DNA from: Anaeramoeba ignava BMAN
Taxonomy: Eukaryota > Protista > Anaeramoebae
Length of the DNA stretch: 64,000 bases
Reading direction: 5' to 3'
Assembly: GCA_028826165.1 (NCBI GenBank)
Contig: JAPDFW010000103.1
Location: 682,001 to 746,000 of the forward strand
Below the pieces are notes generated by a model, which had not been told where the DNA came from, made no database searches, and saw only the letters and a program-made list of their open reading frames with translations. The translations under genes were made by a program, and so were the position numbers. Shown piece after piece: positions 60,245 to 64,000 of the stretch; the stretch's first letter is position 1; each line of letters opens with the position of its first letter.

Positions 60245-62179
60245 TCACATGACAATACACTTCGAATTTTTAAATTTATTCTTATCAAATTTTCCTTGAC
60301 TTCCTTGAATTGCTTTTATAGCTTTTTTGCCATTTCCGTTGAAAAAATTCTGAATAACTTGAGCTTCACAATTTATACCAATAAGAATTCCATTCATTTG
60401 ATTTTTTGAAATTTCAGATTTTTTAACCAAACAAGAAGAATCCAAATTAACAAAGATTCCTGATTCTTCATTTTCATGAATTTCAGAGTCTTCAATTGTG
60501 ATTGAGACCTTATTTTTGCAATGAAAACCTGAAAGTGTGTTTTCATAAACATTTTCCTTTTGAAAATTTGCTTTTGCAGAATCAAATATCAAATATCCAT
60601 ATCCATTATTCTTATATACAGAGTTCTCAAAGAATTTGGGTGCTGATTCATTTGAAACATTGATGCCGTTTGATTTATTTGAGTATATTTTATTCTTTTG
60701 AAATTTTCCATTTGCGTTTTTAATAAAAATTCCAATTGTTTCTTGATTGAAAATTGTGTTTGTGTTTATGTTTGGATTAGAAGAATCCTGGACGGAAATT
60801 CCTGTTTTATTTTCGGAAATTTGGTTGTTTTCAATAACAGGAGATGAGTCTTTTGTGACAAGAATGCCGACTTCATTGTGAAAAATTTTATTTGAATCAA
60901 TAAGTGATGAAGCTTTATTTTTCGTGCAAATTCCATATTTTTTATTCTGGGAAATCATGTTGTTTTGGATCATTGATTGCCCCATTTTTTTGATGCGTAT
61001 TCCTTTGTCATTTTCTTTGATTGTGCTATTATTTATTTGATTACTTTTTGAAGAATCAATCAAAATTGCTGTTTTGCATTCTTCCAATAATGAATCTTGA
61101 ATAATTAAAGAGGAAAATTCTCGGGTGATGATTCCAACCTCCGAACAGAAATGAATTGTTGATTTTTCAATTGTTAATGAAGAGTCATTTCTTATTGAAA
61201 TTCCATTGTCTTGTGAAACTATTTTGCAGTTTATTATTTTCAATCTTCCACAATCTACTTTAATTGCACAAAAATCTTCGTTTTCTTTTGTATCTGTAAT
61301 TGTTATTCTTGTTTTTGTTGTTTCTTGACTCGTTTGTTTGTCTTTTTGATCCTCTTCTAATTTGTTTATTGTTTTGTTAATGAGTTCTTCGTTAATTTTG
61401 GAATTTTGGTTATTATCTTGATTATTTATTGGATTCTTTTGGGGTTTTTCAAGAATTTCTTCCAAAATAACAACTTTATTATCTTTTGAATTTTCATTTG
61501 AATTTTCTTTTGAATTTTCATTTAAATTTTCTTTTAAATTCTCATTTGAATTCTTATTTAAATTTTCATTTGAATTCTCTTTTAAATTCTCATTTGAATT
61601 CTCATTTGAATTCTCATTTGAATTCTCTTTTGAATTTTCATTTGAATTCTCTTTTGAATTCTCTTTTAAATTTTCATTTAAATTCTCTTTTGAATTCTCA
61701 TTTAAATTCTCATTTGAATTCTCATTTAATTCTCCTTTTTCCATTTTTTCTAAAGAATCTCTTCCTTCTAAAACAGCAGAAAACAATTCCTTTGTTAATT
61801 CAGCAAGCTCTCCTTTTCCAAACTCATATTTAAGTTGCTCTTTTGACATTTTAACGATTTTTCTAACATTTTTTGTATATCTAAATGTGATGTTAGAAAT
61901 TGTAACAGAATCTGACTTTGACAACAGAGCATGTGAAATGTGTATGTTTTCAATAACAACATCATCAGGATTTTCTGACGTTGATGTTAAATGAAGACCT
62001 GGTGTTTTGATTTCAATAGATTCCTTGTAAACGCCAGGATGTATTTTTATTGTTTCTCCTGCGCCGGCAAATTCAAGTGCTTCTTGAATTGTATCATAAG
62101 TCCGAATTCCTGATTGAATGTCAGATTTCGGTTGAACATGTATTTCATGTAAATTATCTTGTTCTGTTGTAATTGACAT
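60245..62179 (-). CDS. Right-handed parallel beta-helix (pectin-lyase-like/NosD, FBXO11-type repeats) protein with CaaX motif (CIVM)
   Basis: YDTIQEALEFA…IKIHPGVYKESI entry motif; repeats such as IDSNKIFHNEVGILV and IENNQISENKTGISV; NENS insert; ends KNSKCIVM. Confidence 0.88.
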   Translation of the reverse strand: MSITTEQDNLHEIHVQPKSDIQSGIRTYDTIQEALEFAGAGETIKIHPGVYKESIEIKTPGLHLTSTSENPDDVVIENIHISHALLSKSDSVTISNITFRYTKNVRKIVKMSKEQLKYEFGKGELAELTKELFSAVLEGRDSLEKMEKGELNENSNENLNENSKENLNENLKENSKENSNENSKENSNENSNENSNENLKENSNENLNKNSNENLKENLNENSKENSNENSKDNKVVILEEILEKPQKNPINNQDNNQNSKINEELINKTINKLEEDQKDKQTSQETTKTRITITDTKENEDFCAIKVDCGRLKIINCKIVSQDNGISIRNDSSLTIEKSTIHFCSEVGIITREFSSLIIQDSLLEECKTAILIDSSKSNQINNSTIKENDKGIRIKKMGQSMIQNNMISQNKKYGICTKNKASSLIDSNKIFHNEVGILVTKDSSPVIENNQISENKTGISVQDSSNPNINTNTIFNQETIGIFIKNANGKFQKNKIYSNKSNGINVSNESAPKFFENSVYKNNGYGYLIFDSAKANFQKENVYENTLSGFHCKNKVSITIEDSEIHENEESGIFVNLDSSCLVKKSEISKNQMNGILIGINCEAQVIQNFFNGNGKKAIKAIQGSQGKFDKNKFKNSKCIVM

Positions 62180-63137
62180 TTTTGTTTATGTATATTTTTG
62201 TATTTTTTTATTATATTTTTTTATTATATTTTTTTATTTTGATGAAGAAAAAAAAAAGAAAATAAAAAAATGAAAACAAAATTCTCAAATAAAAAACAAA
62301 AAAATAAAATTTTTCAAATAAAAACCAAATAATTAAAAGAAGAATTAAGAAAAAGTTTATTTGATTTATAAAAAGAATTGTTTTTGTTTTTCTCCTTTTA
62401 TTTTTTCTCCTTTTATTTATTCCAAAAAATTTAAACAAAAAAATGATCAACTTTTTTGATTTGATTAATTTTATAACTTTTTTTTTCAATTATAACAATT
62501 TTTTTTGGAAAATGATTTGAATTTAATTTCTTAATTTGATTATTTTTTATTACTTATTTTTTAATTTTTCTATTTTCATTTTTGAAAAAGATCTTAATAA
62601 AAAAAAAATGAGAAAAAAAAATTTTTTTTTTATTTTTTTGTTGATCTTTTTTTTCAAATAAAATCCAAAAATTTAAAAAATATCAAAATTGGAAATTATT
62701 TGAATAAAAGGGTAATTTTAAATTTTAAAAGTATTTGATATGATCTCTTAATTTTATTTGCAACCCCAAAATTAAAATGATTAAAAAAAAAAAGAAATTT
62801 TTACCTTTTAATTTTTACAATTTAATTTAATTTTTATTTTAATTTAATTTTATTTTATATTAATTTAATTTTATATTAAAAACCAATTAAATAATTAAAA
62901 TTAAAAAATTAAAAAAAAAAATTTTTTTAAAGGGGGCAAATAAAGCAAAAAAAAATAAAAAAAAAAAATTAAAAATAAAAACAAAAAAAAAACAAAATTT
63001 TTTTTTTTATTTTTTAGATCATTTTTTTTTTTAACAGTAAAAATTTATTTGAATAATTAAATTAAAAATAATTAAATTAAAAATTAAAAATTATAAAATT
63101 AAAAAAATAATTTAGCTAAATTTCAATTACAAAAAAA

Positions 63138-63912
63138 ATGTGCGACACTTCAGATCCAGCAATTAAACAAGCTTATGATGATGTTAGAGATGATTCAAAT
63201 GAAACAACATGGTAAAAAACAATTTAAAAAACAATTTAAAAAACAATTTAAAAAACAATTTAAAAAACAATTTAAAAAACAATTTAAAAAACAATTTAAA
63301 AAACAATTAAAAAACAAATTAAAAAAACAATTTAAAAAACAATTAAAAAAAAAATTTTCGAAATAATTATTTATAATTTAATTTAATTTATAATTTAATT
63401 TAATTTAATTCAATTTATAATTTAATTTAATTTAATTTATAATTTAATTTAATTTATTTTGATTTAATTTAATTTAATTTAATTTAATATTTTAGGGCTG
63501 TTTTCTCTTATGAAGCCGACAGCAATAAATTACAAGTTATTGGAACTGGAACACAAAGTGTTGATGAATTTCTTCCTCTTCTTGCCGATGACATTGTTGC
63601 ATATGTTTATTTCAGAGTTATTTCTGGAGATGAAGAAAGTAAAAGACCCAAATTTGTCTTTACAACATGGATTGGAGACAACGTTAAAATTATGAGAAAG
63701 GCAAAAGTTTCTGTTCATAAAGCTGATGTTAAGAAAATTGTTCGCGTAAGTTTTTAATTTAAATTTTTATTTTAAATTTTTATTTTAAATTTATTTTTAA
63801 ATTTTTATATTTTAATTTTTTTAATAGCAATTTGCTGTTGAAATGCAAGCTTTTGATCATGATGATTTAGCCATAGAACAAGTTATGAAAGAAGTTAGAA
63901 AAGCTGGAGGAG
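63138..63912 (+). CDS. Coactosin (ADF-H actin-binding protein), 3' end beyond window
   Basis: Exons 63138-63211, 63496-63745 and 63828-63912 give MCDTSDPAIKQAYDDVRDDSNETTW…GDEESKRPKFVFTTWIG…RKAKVSVHKADVK…VRKAGG. Confidence 0.93.
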
Positions 63913-64000
63913 GTTTGTTTTCTTTTAATTTTATTTATCAATGATTTTTTAAATTTAACTAATTTTAATTTTATTTTTAATTTTATTTATTTAAAAATTT

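Noticed and set aside
1-64000. Inteins, transposases, tRNA/rRNA genes, alternative genetic code, telomeric repeats
   Set aside because: None was recognisable. Conserved exons translate with the standard code, and the hexamer arrays are degenerate and internal.

Overview
An extremely AT-rich eukaryotic (protist) genomic segment with spliceosomal introns and the standard genetic code. Expanded RCC1-BTB, ankyrin-BTB, BTB-TLDc and RGS-DUF547 genes, QN/EN/SK low-complexity tracts and TCATTTT Inr-like motifs suggest a metamonad such as Anaeramoeba (inference only). Genes, left to right: a large intronless, probably RNF213-like gene running off the left edge; a RapGAP; an OCRL/INPP5B ortholog whose first intron is a U12-type AT-AC intron; an ankyrin-BTB gene; a ~14 kb LRR plus giant repeat gene; a 15 kb intronless cluster of five RCC1-propeller/tandem-BTB genes and two BTB-TLDc genes; coiled-coil-RGS-DUF547; AAGAB; a bacterial-type Nudix hydrolase; a truncated LARP7-like gene; an LRR protein; a CaaX beta-helix protein; and coactosin (runs off the right edge). 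Introns and spacers are filled with 6-, 12-, ~20- and ~145-bp tandem repeats, and most ORF-track entries are artefacts of these. The best candidate for an undescribed system is the RCC1-BTB/BTB-TLDc cluster. It has loop-focused hypervariation, mosaic paralogs, optional CaaX tails and repeated head-to-head pairing, resembling a diversified ubiquitin-ligase recognition repertoire.
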